A stretch of 64,000 bases of DNA, from the IMG/VR virus record IMGVR_UViG_3300006752_000018, positions 28,388 through 92,387 of that record; one strand, given 5' to 3'. The notes under the pieces are model-generated. The model searched no databases. It saw only the letters and a program-made list of their open reading frames with translations, and was not told the origin of the DNA. The position numbers and the translations under genes were made by a program. This document shows positions 19,801-29,213 of the stretch, one piece after another. How positions within the stretch are numbered: the stretch's first letter is position 1; every line of letters begins with the position of its first letter. The stretch comes from a virus.

Positions 19801-22013
19801 GTTATGTCGGTATGAATATTTTTATTAAAGCCGGTTTAGGTGCAGGACAATGGGGCAAAATAAGTGCATACGATCCTAGTACGAAAGTTGCTACTATAGA
19901 AAATATGTGGGGACAAACTGGTTGGAATACATTTGTTGCAGGCAAAGCTATAAGCACAACACTTGACGGTACTACTCGTTATGTAATTGAACCATATTTT
20001 GACATAGAAGATCCTGAATATAATTCATTTACTCAAGCAACTGGTAGTTTTAAAGAATTAGGTGCTGTCGCTTCTAACGGAAATGTGAATATTGCTACAA
20101 CATTAGGTTCAAATGTTGTTGCTTATTCAACAACAGGACAGACTTGGATCAATACAACGTTGCCTGCAAGTGCTGATTGGAAATCTGCAATTTGGACTGG
20201 CATTAAGTTCATGGCGTTTGCTACTACAGGAGAAGTAGCAGAATCATCAGACGGTATTAACTGGGCAACATCTAGTGCAGCACCAAATCTATCATACCAA
20301 GATGTTAAACGGTATAACGCTACATTGATTGCTGTTGCAACTGGAACACAAAACGTAGCTGTATCTACTGATAGCGGTGTTTCTTGGTCGCAACAAAATA
20401 CAGGTAAAGCAGGAGGCTTTAGCTTTGTAGCAGTTGACTCTAACAGATGGGTTATAGCTGATACAACTGGTGTTGTATATGATAGTGTTGATAATGGTGG
20501 CAGCTGGAGTGCGTTATCCGGAGGAAGTATTTTATCAACCTTAGCAGGATATGAATTAACAGACCTTGATGGCGGCTCTAATGCATTTGTTGCATGTGCT
20601 AGAGATATAGGCGGTATAAATCCGAGTTTACCTTTATACACAAGAAGCGTATATAATGAACCTTTACAGTTTAGTGTAGGTAATCATTTTAAAGGTGCAG
20701 AAGCTGATCCAAATGCAATTAGTGTAGGGGTATGGCGAATAGACATAAACAATGGCTTAATGATAGCAGTAGCAAATAACGGCGTTTTAAATGTTAGCCA
20801 AGATGCAATTAACTGGAGAGCTATTACACCTATCGGAGGACAAACTTGGTCAGCACTTTCATATGTTGAATATATCGGCGACGGTAATAGTCCTTACAGT
20901 GCATGGGTATTAGTTAACAATACAAGTTCTTCAAATATGCAATTCTTAGAGTATGGTGCAAGGGCTGTTGTTAGGCCCAATATAAAATCTAACAGAATTG
21001 ACGGATTCTTTATTTTAGACCCAGGCAGTAATTATCAAAATCCACCTGCATCAGAAATAATAGACAGTCAGTCTGTCACAGATGCACAGTATGATATGAG
21101 ACTTGCAAGCGGTGTCTTAGCACAGCCTAGTATATTAGATCCTGGATCATTGTATTTTAAAACAAGTGTAACTATAGACGGCGATGGATTTGCAGATCAA
21201 TTTCCAGTTGGCGGTATAGTCCAAGTTAGTAATTTGCTTAGAGCACCTGGACCAGGTGACGCTATAACATTTACAGGATTAGATAAACAATTTTATATAC
21301 AAAAAATTAGTAATTTACAAGGTACAGAACCTGCATTGTCTGCAGAATTCCAAATTACACCGCCGTTAGATATTAATGAAGCACCGGTGCATAATACATT
21401 TGTTAACATACGTCAAAACTTTAGTCAAGTACGATTAACTGGACACGATTTTTTAGACATAGGGTCCGGTAACTTTACTTCAACAGCATATCCACAAAGA
21501 TATACAGAAGGATTTACATCAGATAACGAAGTAAGACAAAATCAAGAAACAGCAGGATCCGGTGGTGGACGAGTATTTTATACGAGTACAGACCAAGACG
21601 GAAACTTTAGAGTTGGTGAATTGTTCAAAGTTGATCAGGCAACTGGTACAGTTACAATTAGTGCTTCACAGTTTGATTTGTCAGGCCTTGATGAACTTAG
21701 AATCGGTGGTATTGTACTAGGTGGTACAAACGCTGTCGTTAGAGAATTTAGTACAGATCCTACATTTGTAGATAATAGTGATAATGTTGTGCCTACACAA
21801 AAAGCAATAGCTGCATATATTACTAGTCGTATTTCAAGTGGCGGATCAATAATTAACGCAAACGCATTGCTTACAAGCCAATTACGTGTCGACATACAAG
21901 GAATAAATTTGAATGAAAATGCCACAGCAACACAAATTAATGTGGATGCTGCAATTAATCTGCAAAGTTATTCAGGGTTATATATAATGTCACAATTGTT
22001 TACGGCGCCTTAA
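16875..22013 (+). CDS. Virion structural protein: 8 CBM5/12-like repeats, cupredoxin-like insert, pectin-lyase-like beta-helix, Asp-box propeller
   Basis: W....Y..GD.V.Y.G..Y.C...HTS repeats; YYVS..G.D, FRTIKYA, GDELRS beta-helix motifs; S.DG..W Asp-boxes; C-terminal YTSTDQDGNFRVG/EFSTD block shared with 22069. Confidence 0.75.
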   Translation: MAEFNISRFKYVWKGPWANGTSFSQDDIAVVGGKIYVCLIGHISSLSSFDDDLNALDQYGNPEPRWVLMAEGQRWRGNWAASTKYETSELIKYGATIYSCIAGHTSAALTTDGVAADIEKWTFIAKTSDWRASWTVSRSYFVGDVVTYNGAIYQCIQEHTSRSTTEGLESDQEKWLLINSSDNYRFTWGTGNRYVLGDVITYGGRIYRCTTGHTSNANELLGLPIDSSNWEIVLDSTRYRGNYANDTVYLPNDIIKWNNSLFITQAVVSNSTFTPGNWTLYIPGTGYEAAYDKTLSYQIGDMVLYGGYTYRSISNLNVGNIPSTTSAQWTLVSTSYNFRGQWTADTLYKTGDVARDGGDLYVATQDTSSYPIEEPTTITYEVTVKEVNSANRYHVNDILTPNLFLVTGNTYIIDQTDVTNNTHPMYFSTIANGHHVDGSYNYLAGPVYLLDDIETTPELYISGFSAANSRKIRIEPEFNWGEFYPVCANHSGMYNFSSITPTNDSTSWDRIVRGQAWKGPWNSTNRYALGDVSTYAGTAYTCVQAHRGDDSSLVRPDIDADNSYWEVLILGSATNVLINVGDIKYRRDTDDLAFPIGTAGNTLKVDNTAPSLPPIEWSAFQATPKVYYVSLLGADTIQNGSEGAPFRTIKYACEYIAADAPARSPATLFLKTGTFEEELPIVVPRDVAIVGDELRSVAIKPATGFETANMFYMSNGSGLRNCTLQGLNGTLGDLNEYLTRRPTAGSYVSLNPGTGPNDQTAWIDSKSPYVQNVSAFGTGCTGMKIDGALHNGGYRSMVANDFTQILSDGIGYWASGEGRSELVSVFTYYCHIGYLATGGGKLRATNGNNSYGQFGSVAEGVNDEELPITATLNNRAKEAQASEVYSDENGKIIGLSYSHAGQDYTSAQYIITGSGVAGNLEAQHTRYKGVSEIRIKEPEDSSNIGGADYRRIENNAQIGGLTSITLSASEIIDDNSYVGMNIFIKAGLGAGQWGKISAYDPSTKVATIENMWGQTGWNTFVAGKAISTTLDGTTRYVIEPYFDIEDPEYNSFTQATGSFKELGAVASNGNVNIATTLGSNVVAYSTTGQTWINTTLPASADWKSAIWTGIKFMAFATTGEVAESSDGINWATSSAAPNLSYQDVKRYNATLIAVATGTQNVAVSTDSGVSWSQQNTGKAGGFSFVAVDSNRWVIADTTGVVYDSVDNGGSWSALSGGSILSTLAGYELTDLDGGSNAFVACARDIGGINPSLPLYTRSVYNEPLQFSVGNHFKGAEADPNAISVGVWRIDINNGLMIAVANNGVLNVSQDAINWRAITPIGGQTWSALSYVEYIGDGNSPYSAWVLVNNTSSSNMQFLEYGARAVVRPNIKSNRIDGFFILDPGSNYQNPPASEIIDSQSVTDAQYDMRLASGVLAQPSILDPGSLYFKTSVTIDGDGFADQFPVGGIVQVSNLLRAPGPGDAITFTGLDKQFYIQKISNLQGTEPALSAEFQITPPLDINEAPVHNTFVNIRQNFSQVRLTGHDFLDIGSGNFTSTAYPQRYTEGFTSDNEVRQNQETAGSGGGRVFYTSTDQDGNFRVGELFKVDQATGTVTISASQFDLSGLDELRIGGIVLGGTNAVVREFSTDPTFVDNSDNVVPTQKAIAAYITSRISSGGSIINANALLTSQLRVDIQGINLNENATATQINVDAAINLQSYSGLYIMSQLFTAP

Positions 22014-22024
22014 ATTTGGATAAG

Positions 22025-22032
22025 GATAAATA
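22025..22032 (+). promoter_or_regulatory. Late promoter GATAAATA
   Basis: Intergenic, upstream of the SD of 22069. Confidence 0.7.
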
Positions 22033-22068
22033 ATATTAAGCAATTGCCTATAGGGGAGAGTGAACCGA

Positions 22069-25000
22069 ATGGCTGAATTTAAACTCGGTAGAATCAGATT
22101 TATCTGGAAGGGTACCTGGACCGCAGGTACTGAATATGTACGTGACGATATTGTATCGTATGGTGGTAAAACATTTATTGCCATCCTTGCACATACAGCA
22201 AGTAGTGATCTTGAAACAGATCTTAATGATGTCCAACCAAAATGGGAACAGTTCGGCGACGGTTTAGCATGGCGCGGCGATTGGAATGTTGCAACATATT
22301 ATAAAGTAAATGACATTGTTAAAAACGGCGGTTTCTTGTATATATGTAATACAGGACACACGTCTAATGCTGATGTCTTAATAGGTCTTGAAGGTAATCT
22401 TTCAAACTGGGATTTGTTTGCTGAAGGTTTAAATTACGCAGGAGCCTGGAGCACAAACACAAAATATAAAATCAATGATATTATAGCATATGGCACAGCT
22501 ACGTATATTTGTACACAAGCGCATACAAGTGCTGCAAATATTGTAGACGGGTTAGAAGTTGATGATTTAAAATGGTCAGTCTTTTCAAGAGGTATGGATT
22601 GGAAAGGTGTTTGGACAACAAGCACACGTTACAAAGAGTACGATGTTGTAAATTATTACGGAAGAATTTACATGTGCTCTACCGGACACACATCACAAGC
22701 TACTGTTGCAGCAGGTTTAGAAGATGATATTGTTAACTGGAATTTAATGTACGATGGCATTAATTACAGAGCAGCGTGGGCACCTACTACACGTTATACA
22801 GTAAACGATGTTGTAAAAAACGGACCTAGCTTATATATTTCCACAGCAGAACACACATCCACCGGGACATTTGCTGCTGATTCATCTAATTGGGATGTAT
22901 ATTTACCCGGCATAGAATTTGAAGATTCATGGAGCAATAGCACAATTTATCAACCTGGTGACATTGTAACATATGGTGGATATACGTATATCGCAAAATC
23001 AGATCACAGCAACAGTGTACCATCGACAACACCTGCAGACTGGGATTTATTTATAACTGGATTTAATTTAGAAGGCGACTGGGACATTGCTACAAATTAT
23101 AAAGTAGGTGATGTTATAAGATTAAACGGTTACACATATCTTTGTAATGCTGATAACGTCGGCAATATTCCGCCTAATGCAAGCTACTGGGACAAACTAA
23201 ACGAAGGCTTCTATTGGACTAGTGCATGGGCTGATGCAACGTCATATGTTGCAGGAGACGTGGTTAATTTTAGCGGAAATGCATATGTTTGTATCTTGGC
23301 ACACATAGCAGACATTGCGTCAAACAAACCAGATTTAGATACAAATGGTACATATTGGAATATTGTAAGTTCAACTGCGGAAGAAAATACACTTACAACT
23401 GACGGCGATATATTATATTATGCAGGGTCAGGACCGGCTAGATTACCAATAGGAAATCCAGGACAGGTATTAGCAGTTAATGCAAGTGCAACTGCGCCTG
23501 AATGGATTGATTTTGGATTTGTTGAAAACGTATTTTACGTAGCACCAAACGGAACAGATGCAGACGGATTTGGAACAACCTTAGATAGACCATATGCTAG
23601 TGTAGCATATTGTATGAATTACATTTTAACTTCAACTAGAAGACACAACGCAAAGGCATTATTAGATGCAAATGTAGATTTCATTGCAGCAGAAGTTGTA
23701 GAATGGACTGATTATCAGATTGCAAATAGTATTGCACCATTTACAAATGCATTTACATATGATAAGGCTTTGTGCTTGCGAGATATGAAAAAGATTGTAA
23801 AAGCAGTAGGATATGATATATCACATGGCGGAAATGTTGAAACAAGAAAAACAGCGCAATCATATTTTACCGCAGCAGGTGCAAGCTATATTCTTGGACA
23901 AGAAACAGAAACTGTTGCATCTATCAATTATAGTTTAGAAGTTGTTGATGCTGTGTTAAGCAATGTTGCTCCAGCTACAAACTATCAAACTGAAAACAGT
24001 GTTGCAACACCTGTAACACAAACTATTGACGGTACATTGACAGAAGAAGCTGATGCAGAAACTACATATGATACTTTAGTAGGGTTAATTACTGCATCTA
24101 TTACAGCTGGCAATACAAATTCTTTACCTGCAGAACAAGTTGTTAATACAACTGTATTTGTTAAAACAGGTGAGTACTTAGAGCAATTACCAATTTCTAT
24201 TCCTGCACATACAGCAATAGTAGGCGACGAGTTACGTTCTACAAAAATTAAGCCTGCTTCAGGCAATGAAACAGCAAATATGTTTTATGTAAGAAATGGT
24301 TGCGGAATAAGAAACTGTACACTTGCAGGCTTAACAGGATCACTTAGCGGAGCAAATGCGTTTGGTACAAGTCGTCCTAGTGCAGGCGCCTATGTAAGTT
24401 TAGATCCAGGTGAAGATGAAACAGATAGACTAGTTTGGATTCATAGTAAATCACCATACATACAAAATGTGTCAACATTTGGCACAGGCTGTATAGGGTT
24501 AAAAGTAGATGGCAACTTACATGATGGTGGTAACGACTCAATTGTTGCAAACGACTTTACACAAATCTTGAGCGATGGCATTGGATATTGGGTTACAAAC
24601 TTAGGTAGATCAGAGCTTGTTAGTGTGTTTACATACTACAACCATATTGGTTACCTTGCAGAAAACGGTGGTAAGATTCGTGCTACTAACGGTAACAACT
24701 CATATGGTGCATTTGGATCAGTAGCAGAAGGCATTGACTCAACAGAAGTGCCTAATACAAGTACAGTCAATAACTACTATACAGAAGCAAACGTTGCAGA
24801 GACTATTACCGACGGTGATAGAATTTTAGCACTAGAATATGCAAACTGTGGTGTATCATATACAACTGCAACTTATACATTTATTGGTGAAGGTATTGAC
24901 GTAGCAGTAGGCGCAATAGATACAAATGACGGCGGTATATTTGAAATAAGGTTGTTAAATAGTGCAGGAAATTATGGTGGTGCTGATTACCAAACATCTT

Positions 25001-26331
25001 TAAATAATGCACAAACAGGCACAACTACATCTATTACATTGTCAGCAACTGATACAGCAAATAGTGCTGATTATATTGGCATGGCTGTATATATTGAAGA
25101 CGGTGTCGGTGTTGGACAGTACGGGTATATTGATACATATAATGCAGGTACAAAACTAGCAACAATCAAAAAAATGAGCGACGACTCGTCTGGATGGGAT
25201 CATTTAGTTCCAGGTACTGCGGTTGAAGCTGCACTAGATCAAACATCTCAATATAGAGTTGAACCTAGAATATCAATCGGCGATCCTGTGTCAGGAACAA
25301 CTGCACGAGCAAGAGTTAAAGTTGCAAGCGGAAAAATATTCCAAATAACATTATTTGATCCAGGCAACGGATACGATCCACTTAACCCGCCAACAGTAAC
25401 TATAACAGATCCTATTAATACAATTGATGCACCATTAGAAGTAAGAATAGGTGACGGGGTATTAGGACCGCCTACCTTTAGTGATAGAGGTACAGGATAC
25501 GAAACATGTTCAACAGCTATTGACGGCGACGGTTATGCTGATGTAAAACAAAGCGGAAAATATTTATATGTAGAAGCATCTGTAAATGAGCCTTTACCTG
25601 GTTCAAACGTACAAATTGCAGGCGACTCGACTATATATAAACTAGTTGAAGTATTTGAACTTCAGGGATCTGGACCATATTCTGCTAGATTACAAGTAAG
25701 CCCAGAAATACCGGTAGACTCAGAGCCAGCGCATGGCGCACAGGTAACACTACGAATAAGATATTCTCAAGTACGTTTGACAGGACACGATTTCTTAGAT
25801 ATAGGTACTGGTAACTTTACTGATACTAACTATCCTGGAATTCCTGCAAATGCGCCTGACGCAGATGCTGAAACAAGAGAGTCTGGCGGTGGACGAGTAT
25901 TCTATACAAGTACAGACCAGGATGGTAACTTTAGAGTTGGCGACTTGTTTACAGTTGAACAGGCAACAGGTACTGCTACACTAGATGCTGATAACTTTAG
26001 TGTTAGTGGTCTACAAGAACTACAACTTGGTAGTGTTAGCTTAGGCGGTACAAGTGCTACAATTAGAGAATTTAGTACAGACGGAACTTTTGCAGCAGAT
26101 AGCGACAACATTGTTCCTACCCAAAGGGCTATAAGAACGTATATTAACGCACAAATTGGCGGTGGTGGTGCTACACTAAACGTTAACACATTAGTTGCCG
26201 GTAATATACAAATTACAGGAAATACAATTTCCACAACTGATAATTCTACAATTATTGTAGGAGCAACAACAAACTTCACCCAAGGGGTATCTGGAACACC
26301 ATTAGCGTTACAGTACTTTTTAAACGCATAG
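22069..26331 (+). CDS. Paralogous virion structural protein: 8 CBM5/12-like repeats, beta-helix with phycobiliprotein-like helical insert
   Basis: MAEFKLGRIRF start parallels MAEFNISRFKY of 16875; collinear with 16875 apart from different inserts; GGGGAG SD. Confidence 0.75.
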   Translation: MAEFKLGRIRFIWKGTWTAGTEYVRDDIVSYGGKTFIAILAHTASSDLETDLNDVQPKWEQFGDGLAWRGDWNVATYYKVNDIVKNGGFLYICNTGHTSNADVLIGLEGNLSNWDLFAEGLNYAGAWSTNTKYKINDIIAYGTATYICTQAHTSAANIVDGLEVDDLKWSVFSRGMDWKGVWTTSTRYKEYDVVNYYGRIYMCSTGHTSQATVAAGLEDDIVNWNLMYDGINYRAAWAPTTRYTVNDVVKNGPSLYISTAEHTSTGTFAADSSNWDVYLPGIEFEDSWSNSTIYQPGDIVTYGGYTYIAKSDHSNSVPSTTPADWDLFITGFNLEGDWDIATNYKVGDVIRLNGYTYLCNADNVGNIPPNASYWDKLNEGFYWTSAWADATSYVAGDVVNFSGNAYVCILAHIADIASNKPDLDTNGTYWNIVSSTAEENTLTTDGDILYYAGSGPARLPIGNPGQVLAVNASATAPEWIDFGFVENVFYVAPNGTDADGFGTTLDRPYASVAYCMNYILTSTRRHNAKALLDANVDFIAAEVVEWTDYQIANSIAPFTNAFTYDKALCLRDMKKIVKAVGYDISHGGNVETRKTAQSYFTAAGASYILGQETETVASINYSLEVVDAVLSNVAPATNYQTENSVATPVTQTIDGTLTEEADAETTYDTLVGLITASITAGNTNSLPAEQVVNTTVFVKTGEYLEQLPISIPAHTAIVGDELRSTKIKPASGNETANMFYVRNGCGIRNCTLAGLTGSLSGANAFGTSRPSAGAYVSLDPGEDETDRLVWIHSKSPYIQNVSTFGTGCIGLKVDGNLHDGGNDSIVANDFTQILSDGIGYWVTNLGRSELVSVFTYYNHIGYLAENGGKIRATNGNNSYGAFGSVAEGIDSTEVPNTSTVNNYYTEANVAETITDGDRILALEYANCGVSYTTATYTFIGEGIDVAVGAIDTNDGGIFEIRLLNSAGNYGGADYQTSLNNAQTGTTTSITLSATDTANSADYIGMAVYIEDGVGVGQYGYIDTYNAGTKLATIKKMSDDSSGWDHLVPGTAVEAALDQTSQYRVEPRISIGDPVSGTTARARVKVASGKIFQITLFDPGNGYDPLNPPTVTITDPINTIDAPLEVRIGDGVLGPPTFSDRGTGYETCSTAIDGDGYADVKQSGKYLYVEASVNEPLPGSNVQIAGDSTIYKLVEVFELQGSGPYSARLQVSPEIPVDSEPAHGAQVTLRIRYSQVRLTGHDFLDIGTGNFTDTNYPGIPANAPDADAETRESGGGRVFYTSTDQDGNFRVGDLFTVEQATGTATLDADNFSVSGLQELQLGSVSLGGTSATIREFSTDGTFAADSDNIVPTQRAIRTYINAQIGGGGATLNVNTLVAGNIQITGNTISTTDNSTIIVGATTNFTQGVSGTPLALQYFLNA

Positions 26332-26346
26332 ATAAAGGAAAGAAAA

Positions 26347-26673
26347 ATGGCATCGGGAAGATTAGGCGCAAACGATCTAACAAGCGCAACAGACACAACA
26401 TTATATACTGTGCCTGCAGATACATTCACTATTGCTAGTGTGTCATTCTGTAACAGAGGTAACCAAACAATCACAGTAAGATTAGCTGTAGCTGACTTAG
26501 ACGTACCAGCTTTAGCAGAATACATAGAGTATGAAACAGAAATACCTCCAAAAGGAGTTTTGGAGAGAACGGGTATTGCACTTGGTGCAACCCAAAAGTT
26601 AGTTGTACGTGCAAACTCAGCTAACGTAAGTGCAGTAGGATTTGGTGTAGAAACACCATTACCTTCGTCTTGA
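26347..26673 (+). CDS. Small virion/fibre connector protein
   Basis: TTLYTVP...ASVSFCNRG...EIPPKGVLERTGI; paralog of 3208. Confidence 0.65.
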   Translation: MASGRLGANDLTSATDTTLYTVPADTFTIASVSFCNRGNQTITVRLAVADLDVPALAEYIEYETEIPPKGVLERTGIALGATQKLVVRANSANVSAVGFGVETPLPSS

Positions 26674-26679
26674 TAAATA
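26672..26679 (+). promoter_or_regulatory. Late promoter GATAAATA
   Basis: Heads the Cys-rich adhesin cassette. Confidence 0.7.
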
Positions 26680-26699
26680 CATTGTAGTAAGGAATTAAA

Positions 26700-27032
26700 A
26701 TGGCAAGATACATTACAACGACAGGTTCAGCAAGCACTACAGTACGTACTGTAACTGGAAACACAGCAGCAGTAGCAAACGAACGTTTGCTAGTTGATAC
26801 AAGTTCAGCTACTGTTACAGTTACACTACCTAGTCAGGCAACAACATTAGTAAACGATACAATTCAGTTTATTGATGTCGCAGGAGATTTTGGTACGAAT
26901 AATTGTACTGTAGCAAGAAATGGGCATAACATACATGGCTTAGCAGAAGACTTAGCGTTAGACATTGGCAACAGTGCAGCTACCCTAGTTTATAGCGGAG
27001 CAACATATGGCTGGGTCCTAGCAGGATCATAA
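26700..27032 (+). CDS. Fibre adaptor domain protein
   Basis: VDTSS..VTVTLP....D.I..ID..G.F.TNNCTV.RNG..I.G..EDL..D....LVY..GW; same domain as the C-terminus of 4043. Confidence 0.65.
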   Translation: MARYITTTGSASTTVRTVTGNTAAVANERLLVDTSSATVTVTLPSQATTLVNDTIQFIDVAGDFGTNNCTVARNGHNIHGLAEDLALDIGNSAATLVYSGATYGWVLAGS

Positions 27033-27046
27033 TATAAGGAAGCATA

Positions 27047-27778
27047 ATGGCAAGTTTAAGTAGTTTAAAAGTAGACTTAGCACCGGCCTCTAATCCGGGA
27101 ATAACTTCGTTTACTGTATCAAATGATAGTCGAAGTCAAAATAACGGCGGCAGGTGTTGCTTATTTACTGTGCCAGATGGTGTTACCCAAGTTACCTTTG
27201 AGTTATGGGGATCAGGACCTAATGGTGCTGCTGCTAGATGCTGTCAAGCAACAGTATTCACTGGCTCAGGAGGCATGTATGCAATGCGTACAATTTCAAC
27301 TGTAGCTGGTTGTACATATACACTATGCGCAGCAGGAAGCGGATGCTGTAGTTCAAGTTGTAACGGCTCTACAGGAGCAACAACATATGTTAGCGGTTCA
27401 GGAATAGCAACAACATGTGCACCATCAGGTGAACCGGGTAGAACATCGTGCTTTACATTAGACGGCTCTACCTGTTGTGCAGGATGTGTTGTATGTAAAA
27501 CATCAGCAGGTGAATGGTGTATGCCAGCAATCAGAAATACAACACATAAAGAAGGTGGGTGTTTGAATACTAATAAATGGGTAATGGGAGGTGCTTATCA
27601 ATTAGGCACTTTTAATGCTACGAGATCAATTTGTACGAATACTACATATTGTAATGCTTGTTGCTGGGGATACGGACACTTTCCAGCAGGTCCAGGATCA
27701 AACGCTATAACTTGTTCAGGAGTTTGCCGTTGTGGTACTCCAGGAATGGGCGGAGTAATTAGAGTGTCATATGCATAA
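27047..27778 (+). CDS. Cys-rich glycine-rich-domain adhesin 1
   Basis: 24 Cys in 243 aa (hand count); NNGGRCCLFTVP..V...ELWG...GG.IRVSY frame matches the Gly-rich module. Confidence 0.65.
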   Translation: MASLSSLKVDLAPASNPGITSFTVSNDSRSQNNGGRCCLFTVPDGVTQVTFELWGSGPNGAAARCCQATVFTGSGGMYAMRTISTVAGCTYTLCAAGSGCCSSSCNGSTGATTYVSGSGIATTCAPSGEPGRTSCFTLDGSTCCAGCVVCKTSAGEWCMPAIRNTTHKEGGCLNTNKWVMGGAYQLGTFNATRSICTNTTYCNACCWGYGHFPAGPGSNAITCSGVCRCGTPGMGGVIRVSYA

Positions 27779-27790
27779 AGGAAGAAAAAA

Positions 27791-28441
27791 ATGCCAAACA
27801 ATAATATTATAACAACAGCATTTACTTTTACTGCTCCAGATGAGCAATTTAGCACATCGACAAGTAACAATGTAACAGTAAATGCAGAATATACAGGACC
27901 AGATAAATGGTATGTTTTTGTAGATGAAACTACAGGGATTATGTCACAGGGTATGTGGCCAACTTTAACAGACGAGAATGATGGGGCCGATGTAGGCACT
28001 CCAGCGGGTGCATTGAAGGTAATGATTAATTCAGCGGATGATCCGTTTATTGCTTCTATTATTGACCCTAACGGTTATTCACAATCTACTGCAAGCTCAA
28101 CAGTAACTGAAACTATTACATTAGCAGACGATAGTACAGCAGATTATAGCTATGATTGGCCACAATCGCCAGACGAAATTGTAGATAGAACAACAATACG
28201 TTATGCAGATGGTGCGTGGACACATAGCTTTATAGAAGCAGAAGTAACTTGGGACGATGTAAGATCAGCAAGAGATACTGCTTTAGAAAGTTCAGATTAT
28301 AAGGTTCCGGCAGATATGCCAGACGATTTAAAAGCAACTTGGGTAGCATACAGGGCTGCACTTAGAGCATTACCGGCAAACTGGATAGGCCAAGATGCTC
28401 ATAAAGTAATTTTTCCTGAATCACCTGAAAATTCAGCATAA
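27791..28441 (+). CDS. Tail fibre assembly chaperone-like protein
   Basis: C-terminal W..VR..RD..L..SD....D.P...K..W..YR.ALR.LP motif; paralog of 29966. Confidence 0.75.
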   Translation: MPNNNIITTAFTFTAPDEQFSTSTSNNVTVNAEYTGPDKWYVFVDETTGIMSQGMWPTLTDENDGADVGTPAGALKVMINSADDPFIASIIDPNGYSQSTASSTVTETITLADDSTADYSYDWPQSPDEIVDRTTIRYADGAWTHSFIEAEVTWDDVRSARDTALESSDYKVPADMPDDLKATWVAYRAALRALPANWIGQDAHKVIFPESPENSA

Positions 28442-28454
28442 TTAAGGATATAAA

Positions 28455-29204
28455 ATGGCAGGCTTAAGAAGTTTATTAGATTACGGATCCGACGGAGGAG
28501 TACCAACAAACGGCACAATGTCAGTTGTAAGGATATTAGCATCATCACCGTCTAATGTTAACAACGGAGGTGCCTGTTGTCTATTTACTGTGCCTGCAAA
28601 CGTTAAATGGATAGGTGTAGAATTGTGGGGAGGCGGTGGCGCTGGCGCTGGCGCACCTAACTGTCACGCTGGCCGCAGCGGCGGCCCTGGCGCTTATGGA
28701 AGAAAAATATTTGAAACTTCTCCAGGAACTCAGTGGACAATTTGCGCAGGCGGAACTACGTGCTGTAGATCAAGTTGTTGCGGATGCACCGGTTTTGGAT
28801 CATATATATGTCAAGGCTCTACAGCTTGTATGTGCGTAAGCGGAGGCTCGGCCGGATGCACACTCAGTTACGGTAACTGTAGTTGCGGTAATTCATTAAA
28901 TAATTGTCAAACAGGGTGTGTCAATGGTGCAACATTATGTATTCGTCCTGTACAAGGACACGGAAAATGGACATACGGTGGTAAGTGCAACTTCAAACAG
29001 TTTGCTCCAGGAGCGCCATATGCACATACGACAGGAATATGGAGTATGACAGGTTGTGCAACATGTCATGGATTAGCATTTATGGGAGGTTGCGTACCAT
29101 ATCCAGGACACGGTGGCATGAGCGGTAATAGTGCAGGTGGTACTGTTTGTGGTGCACCGGGCGGATCTGGTATGGTACAAATACTATATATTGCATCGGA
29201 ATAA
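28455..29204 (+). CDS. Cys-rich glycine-rich-domain adhesin 2
   Basis: 23 Cys in 249 aa; NNGGACCLFTVP...ELWGGGG. Confidence 0.65.
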   Translation: MAGLRSLLDYGSDGGVPTNGTMSVVRILASSPSNVNNGGACCLFTVPANVKWIGVELWGGGGAGAGAPNCHAGRSGGPGAYGRKIFETSPGTQWTICAGGTTCCRSSCCGCTGFGSYICQGSTACMCVSGGSAGCTLSYGNCSCGNSLNNCQTGCVNGATLCIRPVQGHGKWTYGGKCNFKQFAPGAPYAHTTGIWSMTGCATCHGLAFMGGCVPYPGHGGMSGNSAGGTVCGAPGGSGMVQILYIASE

Positions 29205-29213
29205 GGATAGAAA

